Assembly: GCA_016840095.1 (NCBI GenBank)
Contig: JAEOSZ010000065.1
Span: forward strand, 1 to 28,289
Length of the DNA: 28,289 nt
Direction of reading: 5' to 3'
Source of the DNA: Candidatus Heimdallarchaeota archaeon
Lineage (GTDB): Archaea > Asgardarchaeota > Heimdallarchaeia > Heimdallarchaeales > Heimdallarchaeaceae
Part shown: one piece after another, positions 15,909 to 26,014 of the stretch
How positions within the stretch are numbered: position 1 is the first letter of the stretch
Layout of the letters: each line of letters starts with the position of its first letter
Made by a program: the position numbers and the translations under genes
The notes under the pieces: generated by a model
Seen by the model: only the letters and a program-made list of their open reading frames with translations
Databases searched by the model: none
Told to the model about the DNA's origin: nothing

Positions 15909-17909
15909 TTGCTAATGAGAAAGAAGAGACTATTAGTTTTACTAATTTTCATTTTGCTATTTTTTAGTAGCTCGAAATATTTAGTAAACTCATTTTTTTA
16001 TCATAAACCAATTGCAAAAATATCCATTAAAACTAACGGTGGAGGAGTTCGTCCTGATTATGCGCTCTTTATTGCAGATTACTTAAAAGAGATTGGGGTA
16101 GAAGTTTCAATAAAAATTGAAGAGTGGGTAGTATTTTTAGGAACTTTATATGAAACTCATAATTATGATTTAGGTGTAGTTGCAATTAGTAGAGGGGGAG
16201 CTATTGTGCAACCACCTTATCTAGGGGATCCTTTTAATTTTAGCAGCTCTTCAAATATCTTTGGGATAGATATAGATTTACCATATGTTAATCAGAGTGA
16301 ACAACTTCTTACTCAGATTGATAATACTACAGATTATGAACAAAGAAAATGCTTATCCAACGAAAGACAACAACTTGTAATGGATAAGATTATCCCACTT
16401 CTTCCTCTATTCGCATCCAAGCATTACACTGCATTATGGTCAAACACTTTAGGTTATGATGCTGAATGGGGAATTGTTGATTCTCTTCCATATATGAGTT
16501 ATGATGGTTTACATAATGGACAACAAGATATAAACGAATTCAAATTGTCTGATGCAAACTGGAAAGAACTAAACCCATTGTTCTCAGATGATAGTTCAAG
16601 TTCATTTATCTCTAGTCTTTTGATGGAACCAATTATTCAGATGAGTCCTGGTTATGAACCATTAAAAACAGGCCTTGTTTATGAATGGGAACAAATAGAT
16701 GATACACATTTTCAATTCTGGATGATGGATGATATATACTGGAATCCGAGCTATAACTCAACTGCTCGGGATGCAAATTCTGTTCCACTAAGTTCAATAT
16801 CTTCAAATGAAATGATGGTTGGTCTAAAAGATGGCTTGACATATAGTGATGGTACAAATATCAAAGTTACAGCTAAAGATGCAGTTTTTACATATCTAAC
16901 CTGGTCTAATTCAGAGATAAGTGAAAGTACAAGCTATCATGAATGGATTAGGGATATTTATATTGATCCTGTAGATGAATTGTCATTCCACATACACATT
17001 GATGGAGATCCAGATACTCCTGAAATTGAGTCTTGCCCAGATATGTGGAACACTCTTCCAACCCTTTGCTTACCTGAATGGTTCTTAAATTCCTCTGATC
17101 CTACTGTTACATACACTGAAGGAGGAGTTGAATGTACTGGTCTATATGCTGATATGATTAATACTCCTCAATGGGAAGTCTTCTCAACTAGTCCTTTTGG
17201 ATGCGGTAAATACTGCCTAGATTACTCTGTAAAGAATTCATTAACTGTTCTGCAAAGATGGGGTGGATGGTATGGTAAAGGTGCAATAACTGGTGAAACA
17301 GGTTTAACTCCTTTCATTGATACCATCATTATTAGGGTTATTCCTGATAGCAGTGCAGAATTAGCAGAGTTCAAAGCTGGGAAACTAGATATTGCTGGAG
17401 TAACCATTTTCTCAGCTGAAAGAAAACAGTTTCAAGCTGATAGCAGATTTACAGTTCATTCTTCAATTAGCAGATATAGCCTTAGTTTTCTATTTTTCAA
17501 TTTGCGAAGACCATTTATTGGAGGTTATAGGAATTTCTATTGGTTAGATGAACCAGGTAAAGAAGATTATACTGTCGGTCTTGCAATCAGAAAAGCTATA
17601 TGCTATGCAATTAATAGAGATGAGATGAATAGAAATTTACATGATGGAGAAAAAGCTATTTCTCATAGTATTCTCTTTCCGAAAACTAGTTACTATTATT
17701 ATGAAGATATTATTAAATACAATTTCAATTTAGAAAAAGCTTCTGATTGGCTTGATGTCGCTGGTTATGGTCTTCCAGAAATAGGTTCTTATCATGGGAT
17801 GCCAATTCTTATAGTTCCATTGATACTTGGAATAGTTCTAGGTTTAGCTATAACTGCTAGTATACTTAATGTAATTACTAAAAACATTAGAAAAAAAAAT
17901 TTCCAGTAG
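15909..17909 (+). CDS. ABC transporter family-5 (OppA/DppA-type) substrate-binding protein, circularly permuted, C-terminally membrane-anchored; likely start is the ATG at 15915
   Basis: Family-5 motifs LNPL, SDG...VTAKDAVFTY, PFGCGKY, FKAGKLD, FFNLRRPF, IRKAICYAINRDE and NLEKASDWLDVAGY. The normally C-terminal block (IADYLKEIGVEV...QQLVMDKIIPLLPLF) is N-terminal here. Signal peptide and C-terminal TM are present. Confidence 0.88.
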   Translation: MLMRKKRLLVLLIFILLFFSSSKYLVNSFFYHKPIAKISIKTNGGGVRPDYALFIADYLKEIGVEVSIKIEEWVVFLGTLYETHNYDLGVVAISRGGAIVQPPYLGDPFNFSSSSNIFGIDIDLPYVNQSEQLLTQIDNTTDYEQRKCLSNERQQLVMDKIIPLLPLFASKHYTALWSNTLGYDAEWGIVDSLPYMSYDGLHNGQQDINEFKLSDANWKELNPLFSDDSSSSFISSLLMEPIIQMSPGYEPLKTGLVYEWEQIDDTHFQFWMMDDIYWNPSYNSTARDANSVPLSSISSNEMMVGLKDGLTYSDGTNIKVTAKDAVFTYLTWSNSEISESTSYHEWIRDIYIDPVDELSFHIHIDGDPDTPEIESCPDMWNTLPTLCLPEWFLNSSDPTVTYTEGGVECTGLYADMINTPQWEVFSTSPFGCGKYCLDYSVKNSLTVLQRWGGWYGKGAITGETGLTPFIDTIIIRVIPDSSAELAEFKAGKLDIAGVTIFSAERKQFQADSRFTVHSSISRYSLSFLFFNLRRPFIGGYRNFYWLDEPGKEDYTVGLAIRKAICYAINRDEMNRNLHDGEKAISHSILFPKTSYYYYEDIIKYNFNLEKASDWLDVAGYGLPEIGSYHGMPILIVPLILGIVLGLAITASILNVITKNIRKKNFQ

Positions 17910-17952
17910 AAGTAATGGTAGGACCTTTTTGTATACTCGTGGTTCTTGGATT

Positions 17953-17994
17953 ATAACCTTGTGACAAAGAAAAGCAACCTTACTGCAAGGTTAT
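17953..17994. terminator. Inverted repeat between convergent genes (candidate bidirectional terminator)
   Basis: ATAACCTTG (17953-17961) / CAAGGTTAT (17986-17994); alternative inner hairpin AACCTT-ACTGC-AAGGTT (17976-17992). Confidence 0.45.
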
Positions 17995-18051
17995 TAGTTT
18001 ATTAACTCTCAAGTTTGAAATAAAAGGAATAAATCTTTCTTTTTGCTTTTC

Positions 18052-18639
18052 TCAAACTTTCAGGATTTCATTGAATACCTCAGGCAATGAATTATCATAG
18101 ATAGAGGTTGTTTTTAACTGCACAGATTCAAGTTTTTCTAAATCAAAATATGTTTGGAAAACTCTCAAGGCTTCTTCCCTGTATTTCTCTTCAATCAAAT
18201 CCTGTTTATGAGCTAATAGTACAATTTTCGGATTATCACTTAGTTCGTATACATTTCTAATAGTTCTTAATAGATACTGTCGAGAGGAAGTATAAGTTCC
18301 AACATTAGTAATGTCAACAACAAAAATTAGAGCAAACACATCCGAAAAAATATGCTCTTTCTGTATTTCAATTGCTTCTTCTAGGAACGAAATTTGACCT
18401 CCTACATCAAAGGTATAAATCTGGTGATCTTTGTAATTGTACAAAGCTCTGTCAAATCTAACTGTTGCATCCAAATCTACTGTACCTTCCGGAGGTCTTT
18501 TCTCAAAAACTGTCTTAACTATGGATGTTTTCCCAGATTGTGATAGTCCTAGAAAAAGAATCTTCTTTCCTCTTGTTCTTTTTTCGATATTCTCTTTTAG
18601 ATTTTCCTCATTTTCTATAGTATCACTTAGATAACTCAT
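18052..18639 (-). CDS. Ras-superfamily small GTPase, Rag/Gtr1-like (eukaryotic signature protein)
   Basis: G1 GLSQSGKTS, G2 DATV, G3 DVGGQ, IFSDVFALIFVVD, G4 HKQD (HKxD as in Rag/Gtr) and G5 TSIY. Confidence 0.88.
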   Translation of the reverse strand: MSYLSDTIENEENLKENIEKRTRGKKILFLGLSQSGKTSIVKTVFEKRPPEGTVDLDATVRFDRALYNYKDHQIYTFDVGGQISFLEEAIEIQKEHIFSDVFALIFVVDITNVGTYTSSRQYLLRTIRNVYELSDNPKIVLLAHKQDLIEEKYREEALRVFQTYFDLEKLESVQLKTTSIYDNSLPEVFNEILKV

Positions 18640-18711
18640 ACATTATCTTCTTTCAGAAAGATAAAAATTTTTCTTAAACTTCAGAAATTTATGATTGAGA
18701 TAAACTATCAA

Positions 18712-19596
18712 TCATCTAAATGTTGGTAAAACCTCTTTTGAAACTTGCTCCATAACTTTCTGTAATTCTTCCTTACCAGGATAATAGAAAATAAATTCCT
18801 CAAATCCTGCTTCTTTATACTTTTCGACAAACTTCACAAAGTTTTCTACTGAATGGAAAATCGAAAAAGCTTCTTCTCCATAAATAAGTATTGAGCGTTT
18901 GATTTCTTTTGGATCTCTTCCAATTTCCGCACAATGAGAATCCAACTTTTCATATCTCTTCATTGTTTTATCAAACATCTCTTTTGGATTCAATCCTCTT
19001 CCTCCATATGAGTTCCAGATATCTGCATACTCAGCTGTGATTCTCAACATCTTGTTTCCCATTGCTCCAATCATAATCGGTGGTCTAGGTTTTTGTATTG
19101 GAGGAGGAAAAATATTTGAATCCTCTAACTGATAATAATCTCCATCAAATTCCTCAATTGATTGATTCCTTAGAAGCTTATCAATAATACCTACTGCTTC
19201 TCTAAATCTTTTTACTCTTTCACCTGGAGAATAATCAGGTAAGCCTACCATAGAAAATTCAACTGTACCAGGTAGACCTGTACCTAATCCTAAAATTAGT
19301 CTTCCATTAGAAATGTGATCAACTGTCATTGCTTGTCTGGCTAACATTGGGGGAAGTCTTAAGAAAATAGAAGTTACTAAAGTTCCTATCTTTATTGATT
19401 TTGTTTCATTAGCCATAGCAGATAAACCAGTCCATCCTTCAAACCAAGGTTGAGTTGGTTGATTGTAAATACAGTAGTGATCAGCTATCCATGCACTATC
19501 AAATCCTAGTTCCTCTACATGCTTCCATCTTCGAACTTCTTCTTTCCATTGACTTCTTTGTAAACAAATAATCCCAAATGATAGCTTGTTAGACAT
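18712..19596 (-). CDS. LLM-class flavin/F420-dependent oxidoreductase
   Basis: ELGFDSAWIADH, GTLVT, TVDHISNGRLILGLGTG, PIQKPRPPIMIG and AEYADIWN. Confidence 0.92.
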   Translation of the reverse strand: MSNKLSFGIICLQRSQWKEEVRRWKHVEELGFDSAWIADHYCIYNQPTQPWFEGWTGLSAMANETKSIKIGTLVTSIFLRLPPMLARQAMTVDHISNGRLILGLGTGLPGTVEFSMVGLPDYSPGERVKRFREAVGIIDKLLRNQSIEEFDGDYYQLEDSNIFPPPIQKPRPPIMIGAMGNKMLRITAEYADIWNSYGGRGLNPKEMFDKTMKRYEKLDSHCAEIGRDPKEIKRSILIYGEEAFSIFHSVENFVKFVEKYKEAGFEEFIFYYPGKEELQKVMEQVSKEVLPTFR

Positions 19597-19678
19597 AGAG
19601 AGAAGAATGATAAAGGACTTATTAGTCTTTTTTAATCATGCCAATAAAATTATAAACTTTGAATCTATCGTTTAAGGT

Positions 19679-20029
19679 ATGAGCGTTAACGAGTTTCTTC
19701 TAGAATTTCACGCCATTGAATCTAGAATAAGTGCTGGACATTTTAAAAGAGGAGAGAAACCATATCAAGATTTTGCCCTAAAAATCTTTGAACAAACAGA
19801 TTGTAAAATGCTAACAGTTGATGATGCTATCAAAGCAGTTGAATTAATGATAGATCTGAATGTAAAACTTCATAATGAATTTATAGAGCTAGGGGAAGGT
19901 GGTTGGTTGTCAACTACATCAAAATACAAAACCATTGGAGGAAAGGAATTAATTACATTTGTAATCTATCCAATGGGTGTTGAAGATCCTCAAGTTGAAC
20001 CAAAGATATGTGTAATTGAAATTCCATAG
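19679..20029 (+). CDS. Hypothetical protein
   Basis: 116-aa ORF filling the gap, with TTATAAA about 22 nt upstream (leaderless); no motif recognised. Confidence 0.65.
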   Translation: MSVNEFLLEFHAIESRISAGHFKRGEKPYQDFALKIFEQTDCKMLTVDDAIKAVELMIDLNVKLHNEFIELGEGGWLSTTSKYKTIGGKELITFVIYPMGVEDPQVEPKICVIEIP

Positions 20030-20148
20030 CTACTCATATACCACACACAACTGTTGTAAATTGAACAAGTGCTATTAATGAATCTATCATTAAAAATGCA
20101 AAAAATATATAACGATATCTAGTTTCTAGTTAGAAGGAGAAAAGAGAG

Positions 20149-20589
20149 ATGAATGAAACAGATGAGTTCCCTCTAGTTGATAAAATAAAAGAACTTGAGA
20201 AACGAATTGATACTATCAAAGTAAGATACAGATTTTCAATTTTAGCTGTACTCTTTTTGCTGTTAATCTGGATTATAGTTTTTCAAACAGCAGATGGCTC
20301 TTATTTTGCTATCCTTGTATCTTGGGGGAGTGCAATAGGATTAGCTTTAGGTAGCTTTGTAGCTATTACAGTGTGTTTTTACATAGTCAAATTCGTTATA
20401 TTCTTAGTTAAACCAGAACCAGGTGCTCCTTTAGTATCAAAAGAAGAAAGAGAAGAAGCTGAATGGGAAAAAGTGAGATTAACTGCATGTCCTAATTGTA
20501 TGTTAGTTTATGATTCTAGAAAAACTGTATGTCCTGACTGTGGTAATAAAACTATTCGAGAGGAGAAGATAGAAGAGTCTGAAAAATAA
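20149..20589 (+). CDS. Two-TM membrane protein with C-terminal zinc ribbon
   Basis: Two hydrophobic segments, CPNC-x10-CPDCG and an AGGAG SD. Confidence 0.75.
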   Translation: MNETDEFPLVDKIKELEKRIDTIKVRYRFSILAVLFLLLIWIIVFQTADGSYFAILVSWGSAIGLALGSFVAITVCFYIVKFVIFLVKPEPGAPLVSKEEREEAEWEKVRLTACPNCMLVYDSRKTVCPDCGNKTIREEKIEESEK

Positions 20590-20606
20590 AACATTATATA
20601 AATTAT

Positions 20607-21434
20607 CTATTTCCATATTCCTTGAAATTCATATCCATTTTTCTTAAGCTTAAACCCTACTGTTTCAGCTGTTTTCTTACTAGGAATATTAGAATCTCTA
20701 CAATGCCAACTAATTCTTTTCATTTCAACTTCTTTACAATGGTTTATTGTCTTTGATATAGTACTTCTTGCTAACCCTTTTTGACGATGTTTTTCATAAG
20801 TTATTACTCCTAGTTCGCATTCATCCATCTGTTTGCTAGCATAGCAGCTAAAGACCACACAAGCAATTTCTTCATCTTTGAAAGTTGCACTATAACCAAA
20901 ACCTCTGGAGAAGTAGTGTTCTTTCTTACTCCATGTTCCCTCTATCCATCCAGGAATAATATTGTAATTTATCAAATCAGATCTCTCAAATAATTCCCTA
21001 TCAATCTTTGCAAATGCATAATCCGATGGTAGTTCAACACTGAAACTATATTCATCTAAATCTTCAAGTACGTAGAAGCACTTTTTGATTTGCTCCAAGT
21101 TATCAAATATCTGATGTAATTTATCAAACAGATGATCTTCACTATGAACTAAAATATTCTTTCCTTGTTTTTCAGGATATCTAGGAAATAATTCAGTTTC
21201 AAGGAAATTTCTCAAAGATTCTATAGCTGAATCATCTATTTCCTTACCTGCCAGATGGAAATTTCTAATGTTTGGATGTAGGAGTAAAGCAACTTTAGGT
21301 AAGTCTATATTATCCACATAAATCTCTCCATCAATAAATCCTTCAAAAATAGATTGAATAGCCAGATAATCCTTTTCTAGATTAGTAAACAAAGGACGGA
21401 CTAATCTGAAATCATTTTGATTCAATCTGTACAT
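20607..21434 (-). CDS. GNAT-family acetyltransferase (PF12746-like), paralog of 288-1466
   Basis: GEIYVDN, RGFGY, ELGVIT, HRQKGLA and WHCRDSNIPSKKTAETVGF. Confidence 0.88.
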   Translation of the reverse strand: MYRLNQNDFRLVRPLFTNLEKDYLAIQSIFEGFIDGEIYVDNIDLPKVALLLHPNIRNFHLAGKEIDDSAIESLRNFLETELFPRYPEKQGKNILVHSEDHLFDKLHQIFDNLEQIKKCFYVLEDLDEYSFSVELPSDYAFAKIDRELFERSDLINYNIIPGWIEGTWSKKEHYFSRGFGYSATFKDEEIACVVFSCYASKQMDECELGVITYEKHRQKGLARSTISKTINHCKEVEMKRISWHCRDSNIPSKKTAETVGFKLKKNGYEFQGIWK

Positions 21435-21549
21435 CAGTTTAAGATATTTTTGAAAATATAAAAGTATTTCAGATAACTACATGCAAAAAAGGAGTAAATA
21501 AGTTTTTAATTTCTTAGTTCAATGCAGTCTATATATTTGGTGAATAGAA

Positions 21550-22341
21550 ATGGTAGTTGAAAGTGATATTTTCAAAGTAATGCATCAAAGAAGATCAATA
21601 AGAAAATTTACTAGTAAAAATATTAGCAAAGAAGATTTTGAAAAAATTCTCAAAGCTGGTTTTAGAGCACCTTTTGCAGCTCAATTATGTAGTTTAGTAT
21701 ATACTTCAGACAAAGAGAAAATGAAAGAGATTAAAGGAATAGGGATTTATCCAACAACAAAGATTCTTATGTTCTTCTTAGTTGATTTAGATAGAATGGA
21801 GAAAATAATGAAACTTAGAGGGCATGAATATAATACTGATGACATGATGACCTTATGGTTAGGCATTCAAGATGTAACATTGGTTATCGAAAATGTGATT
21901 CTAGCAGCTGATGCATTAGGGATGGGTTCAGTTCTACTAGGTGTTGCTCCTCAAAGAGCTGACATACTTTCTGAAGTATTCAATATTCCTAAAAGAGTTT
22001 TTCCTGTTGTGGGCTTATGTTTAGGTTATCCTGATCCTAATGAGGAAACAGAAATCAGACCTAGATATCCATTGAAACATAGTGCTTTCGAAGATTCCTA
22101 TAGAGAACTAGATGAAGCAGAACTAAAGGAATGTATGAAGGAGATGGATGAAGGGTATATTACTCAGGGATACTATATCAAAAATAAAGCAAAGATACCC
22201 CTTCCTGAAGGTCAAAAGGACGATATAGATTATGACAAATATTCTTGGTCAGAACACATTTCAAGAAAAATGATTAAATGGCCAGGTAAACGAGAACCAT
22301 TAATTGATATCATTAGAAGACATGGATTTAGAATTGAATGA
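21550..22341 (+). CDS. Nitroreductase family protein (NfsA/FRP-like)
   Basis: RRSIRKFT, ILAADALGMGSVLLG, PVVGLCLGYP, RPRYP and C-terminal YSWSEH. GGTGA SD. Confidence 0.9.
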   Translation: MVVESDIFKVMHQRRSIRKFTSKNISKEDFEKILKAGFRAPFAAQLCSLVYTSDKEKMKEIKGIGIYPTTKILMFFLVDLDRMEKIMKLRGHEYNTDDMMTLWLGIQDVTLVIENVILAADALGMGSVLLGVAPQRADILSEVFNIPKRVFPVVGLCLGYPDPNEETEIRPRYPLKHSAFEDSYRELDEAELKECMKEMDEGYITQGYYIKNKAKIPLPEGQKDDIDYDKYSWSEHISRKMIKWPGKREPLIDIIRRHGFRIE

Positions 22342-22398
22342 AATCTCAATCTCTAAACAACAGCTTTAATTATAGAACCAATTCTCTGGATTAACAAA

Positions 22399-23448
22399 GT
22401 GGTTACAATGTCCTCTATACAGATTTTTGTAGGGAAAAAAAACGATATCCCTGTACAATATCTTGAACAGTATTTTGCTTTACAACAGCTTCATGAGGAA
22501 GATTTTTTTGGCTTTCTTCCCCCTTCTCTTGATTATTACAGAAATAATTGGACAGTTCCAAGAGAAAAAGGATCTGATTGGATAAATGCAATTGTTGTTA
22601 ATGAAAAAGACCTAGTCATAGGATTTGGGATAGCTATTTGGAGCACAATGTATGAAAATCTAGACAGAGCTTTTTTTAGACTTTATATAACTCCAAAGGA
22701 AAGGAGGAAAGGTATAGGAACACAGTTACTAAAAGAGATGGTAAGCTCTCTTCCTCCAATAATTGAGACACTATATTCTGATGCACCAACAGCAACTCCA
22801 GGAGAATATTTCCTGCAGAATTTTAAGAAGGAATCGAGTTATACTGAAGAAATAATCGTAGTTGATTTAGAAATTATTGATATTCATGAAGTTGAAAAAG
22901 AAGCTAATGAGCAAAAACAACAAGCTCTAAACAAAGGATATGATATTGTTAGAATAGACAATTGCAGCTTTGGGGAATCTTTCGACGAGGAAGAGTTTGT
23001 AGGAATTGTTGAACAAATATGGAATGATATGCCGATAGAAGATCTAGCTGAAGAAGATTTCAATATGACTGTAGAACGTTATAATGCTATATGTGACAGG
23101 AATAAACGAAAAGGTCTAGAATATGTTTCATTTGTAGCTGTTCATTTAGAAACACAAAAACCTGTTGGGTATACAACTTATGCTGTCAACAAGTATCAGC
23201 CTGCAATTTCATGGCAAGATGATACTGGAATTATTCAAGAGCATCGGGGAAATGGATTAGGTTTAGCTATCAAGTATCAGTCTTTGTTAACTTTACTCAA
23301 AGAAACCAAAGCTAAATATTGGAGAACAAGTAGTTCACGAGTCAACAAGCACATGCGAAAGATAAATGAAAAGCTTGGACATAAGCTTTGGCAAATAGAA
23401 CCTGTATATGAATTTGAGAGAAAAATTATCGAGGATATTGTTTTGTAA
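22399..23448 (+). CDS. Tandem-GNAT acetyltransferase; likely start is the ATG at 22408
   Basis: Two acetyl-CoA motifs, RRKGIGTQLL and DTGIIQEHRGNGLGLAIK, followed by NKHMRKINEKLG. Confidence 0.88.
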   Translation: MVTMSSIQIFVGKKNDIPVQYLEQYFALQQLHEEDFFGFLPPSLDYYRNNWTVPREKGSDWINAIVVNEKDLVIGFGIAIWSTMYENLDRAFFRLYITPKERRKGIGTQLLKEMVSSLPPIIETLYSDAPTATPGEYFLQNFKKESSYTEEIIVVDLEIIDIHEVEKEANEQKQQALNKGYDIVRIDNCSFGESFDEEEFVGIVEQIWNDMPIEDLAEEDFNMTVERYNAICDRNKRKGLEYVSFVAVHLETQKPVGYTTYAVNKYQPAISWQDDTGIIQEHRGNGLGLAIKYQSLLTLLKETKAKYWRTSSSRVNKHMRKINEKLGHKLWQIEPVYEFERKIIEDIVL

Positions 23449-23453
23449 TTTTT

Positions 23454-24347
23454 TCAATTCATATGCTTCTTTAGAGTACCTAGGATCTCATCAGCATGAT
23501 TGTATGCTACAGAATAATGTCCTTCTTCAGGAAATGTTTTTGCTACTGCTGCAGGTATTTTTGCAGCTAGTTCTTTTGTAGCAGAAACAGGAGAGAGTGT
23601 ATCAGCTTCTCCATGCCATAAAAATATATTAACTTTTGAAGAGATTTTGTTGAAAGGAATATTCCATGATTTCCCGACTAGTTTCCCTTCATATTTTAGT
23701 CCTCTTAATCCTTGTCTGCATGCTTCACTCTGAGAAGCAAATACTTTATTTTTGAAAACTTCATCCTCAAGTAGTTCATTATCTTTTAGAGCCATTCCTT
23801 TCTTAATACTACGACACAATTTCTCACAAAGTCTTGGATCTCGAAGAAATCTTGAGCGTTTATACCAAAAAATAGATTTGAAAAGCAGAGAAGATCTTGA
23901 AGCAATTCTGAAAAAAAATCGAAGATCTTTTCTTAAACATTGTTTGTGAAAATCAACTGCCCCCAATAAACTGACAGTACAAACGACTGATAATTTTCTA
24001 GGTATTTGATAAGCACAAGCTAGAGCATATGCTCCTCCCGTAGATACACCAACAACTCCAAATTTCTCTATGCTCAGATGATTTGTTAGTTGAACAACAT
24101 CTGAAGGTAAATCAAGAATTTGTCTATCTGGTGAAAAACTCGAGTATCCCATACCTGGTCGATCTATTGCAATAACTCTTATTCCTGACTCTTTTGCTTT
24201 ATTATGTACTATATTTGCTTCAAGTCTAGAACCTGGAAAGCCATGGAAATAGAAAACTGGTTTTCCATTCAAATCTCCATATTCTACAAAAGCAAGTATA
24301 CGGTTATCATCTAAAAGAATTTCTTGTTTAATAGAATCATGAGTCAT
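23454..24347 (-). CDS. Alpha/beta hydrolase
   Basis: FHGFPGSR, DRPGMGYS, nucleophile elbow GVSTGG, WHGEAD and EGH. Confidence 0.92.
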   Translation of the reverse strand: MTHDSIKQEILLDDNRILAFVEYGDLNGKPVFYFHGFPGSRLEANIVHNKAKESGIRVIAIDRPGMGYSSFSPDRQILDLPSDVVQLTNHLSIEKFGVVGVSTGGAYALACAYQIPRKLSVVCTVSLLGAVDFHKQCLRKDLRFFFRIASRSSLLFKSIFWYKRSRFLRDPRLCEKLCRSIKKGMALKDNELLEDEVFKNKVFASQSEACRQGLRGLKYEGKLVGKSWNIPFNKISSKVNIFLWHGEADTLSPVSATKELAAKIPAAVAKTFPEEGHYSVAYNHADEILGTLKKHMN

Positions 24348-24445
24348 TTTTGTCTACTGCCAAAGCTTTGGAACTAATTATATTTCAATTTTTCTAACAA
24401 AAGAGCGTAGAATTTATTAGAAATGTCAGAATTGGTAATAAGAGA

Positions 24446-25966
24446 ATGATAATGAATACTATTCTAAAGAGGAAAAATAGTACTTATTTACTAATAATTT
24501 TAGTTATAATTTTACTTACAAACTATAACTTCAGAATTTTAAGTAAAAGTGAACCAAATAGTAGTAGCTTCATTACTTCATTTTCAGATATATATATAAC
24601 ATCAGATGTAGATTTTCAGAATCTTATGCTTCAAGGAAATGGTACACTAGAAGAGCCATACTTAATAGAGAATTTGGTTTTCACAAATGAGTCAGTAAGC
24701 GGATTTTCAATTTACATAAAAGGAACAACTAAACATTTTTCTATTTTGAACTGCGTTTTTGGTGCAAAAAATGGGGGAATTTATCTTGAAAATATTGCCC
24801 CAAGTACTGCTATAATGGCACATAATAAATTTGGGAGTATTATTGATGAAGAATGCTCAGGAATAGAAATAGCTAATGCTCAGGGAGCTAGAATAGTTAA
24901 TTGCACCTTTGATAGATATTATTACGCTATCTCAGAATACGATTCATTTGAAACATCAATTCAAAACAATAACTTTTTACTATGCAACTATGGTGTATTA
25001 GGTTTTAATATATCTAGTACCAATATAAGTTCAAACTTCATGAGTAAATGTGATAGAGGAATAGTACTCCATGATAGTCCTAATAGTTTTATAACAAATA
25101 ATACTATTATGGCCAGAGGAACTTATCAATCTTTTTCCTCTGATTATACTATCCTAGTTGATGATTGTGATAATACAGAAATTTCTTCTAATTACTTAAC
25201 TGATAGGTTAACTGCTGGTATAAACTGTATTGAATCAGAATACTGTTTCATCTACAATAATTCGATTGACAGAACTACATCTTGTATAACAACTGAATAC
25301 AGCAGTGATTATACAACTATTCTAGAAAATCATTGTACAAGAAGTCTTGGAAATGGTCTTTCGATTTCTGGTTGCGAATTTCTGACTGTTTCTCAAAACA
25401 ACATCTCTGAAAGCTCATCTACTGGTTTATTTCTTGATAATGTAGTCAATTCTATAATCATAAACAATGATTTAGTATCTAGTGGATTTTACGGAATTAA
25501 TTTGAGAAAATCACATGAAGTTGCAATAGGGCAAAATTATATTGCAAGAAATTATATGGGAATATTTTCAGATAATTCTTCATTTTCAGACATATCTTAT
25601 AATTTCTTTCACTATAATACCTTATATGGATTATATCTAGATGTAGATTCTTTTTTCAACAGTGTAGATCATAATGAATTCGTTTATAATAATCTTGATG
25701 GCTTTAGTCAAGGATTTGATTCAGGTGAAGGGAATATTTGGTATGATGAAAACCTAGAGGAAGGTAATTTCTGGACAAATTATGATGAAAAAGATGAATA
25801 TTATGAAATTGATGGATCAGCTCTTTCTCAAGATATTTACCCTTCTGTTTCTGAACATACAAATACAAACACAGCTTCTTCTTTCAGTATATTCTGGTTC
25901 TTGTTCTCCTTTAGTGCTATAGTAGTTGTTATCAAAAATCGTACCAAACGATTGAGTTTTAAATAA
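24446..25966 (+). CDS. Secreted parallel beta-helix (NosD/CASH-like) surface protein with C-terminal membrane anchor
   Basis: Signal peptide, GNGTLEEPYLIE cap, Asn-rich repeats, GNFW...DIYP cap, Thr/Ser linker, TM helix and basic tail. Confidence 0.87.
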   Translation: MIMNTILKRKNSTYLLIILVIILLTNYNFRILSKSEPNSSSFITSFSDIYITSDVDFQNLMLQGNGTLEEPYLIENLVFTNESVSGFSIYIKGTTKHFSILNCVFGAKNGGIYLENIAPSTAIMAHNKFGSIIDEECSGIEIANAQGARIVNCTFDRYYYAISEYDSFETSIQNNNFLLCNYGVLGFNISSTNISSNFMSKCDRGIVLHDSPNSFITNNTIMARGTYQSFSSDYTILVDDCDNTEISSNYLTDRLTAGINCIESEYCFIYNNSIDRTTSCITTEYSSDYTTILENHCTRSLGNGLSISGCEFLTVSQNNISESSSTGLFLDNVVNSIIINNDLVSSGFYGINLRKSHEVAIGQNYIARNYMGIFSDNSSFSDISYNFFHYNTLYGLYLDVDSFFNSVDHNEFVYNNLDGFSQGFDSGEGNIWYDENLEEGNFWTNYDEKDEYYEIDGSALSQDIYPSVSEHTNTNTASSFSIFWFLFSFSAIVVVIKNRTKRLSFK

Positions 25967-26014
25967 AATATATACCAAGATTTTGTTAATTAAGTTTGAA
26001 CATAGTGATTAAGC

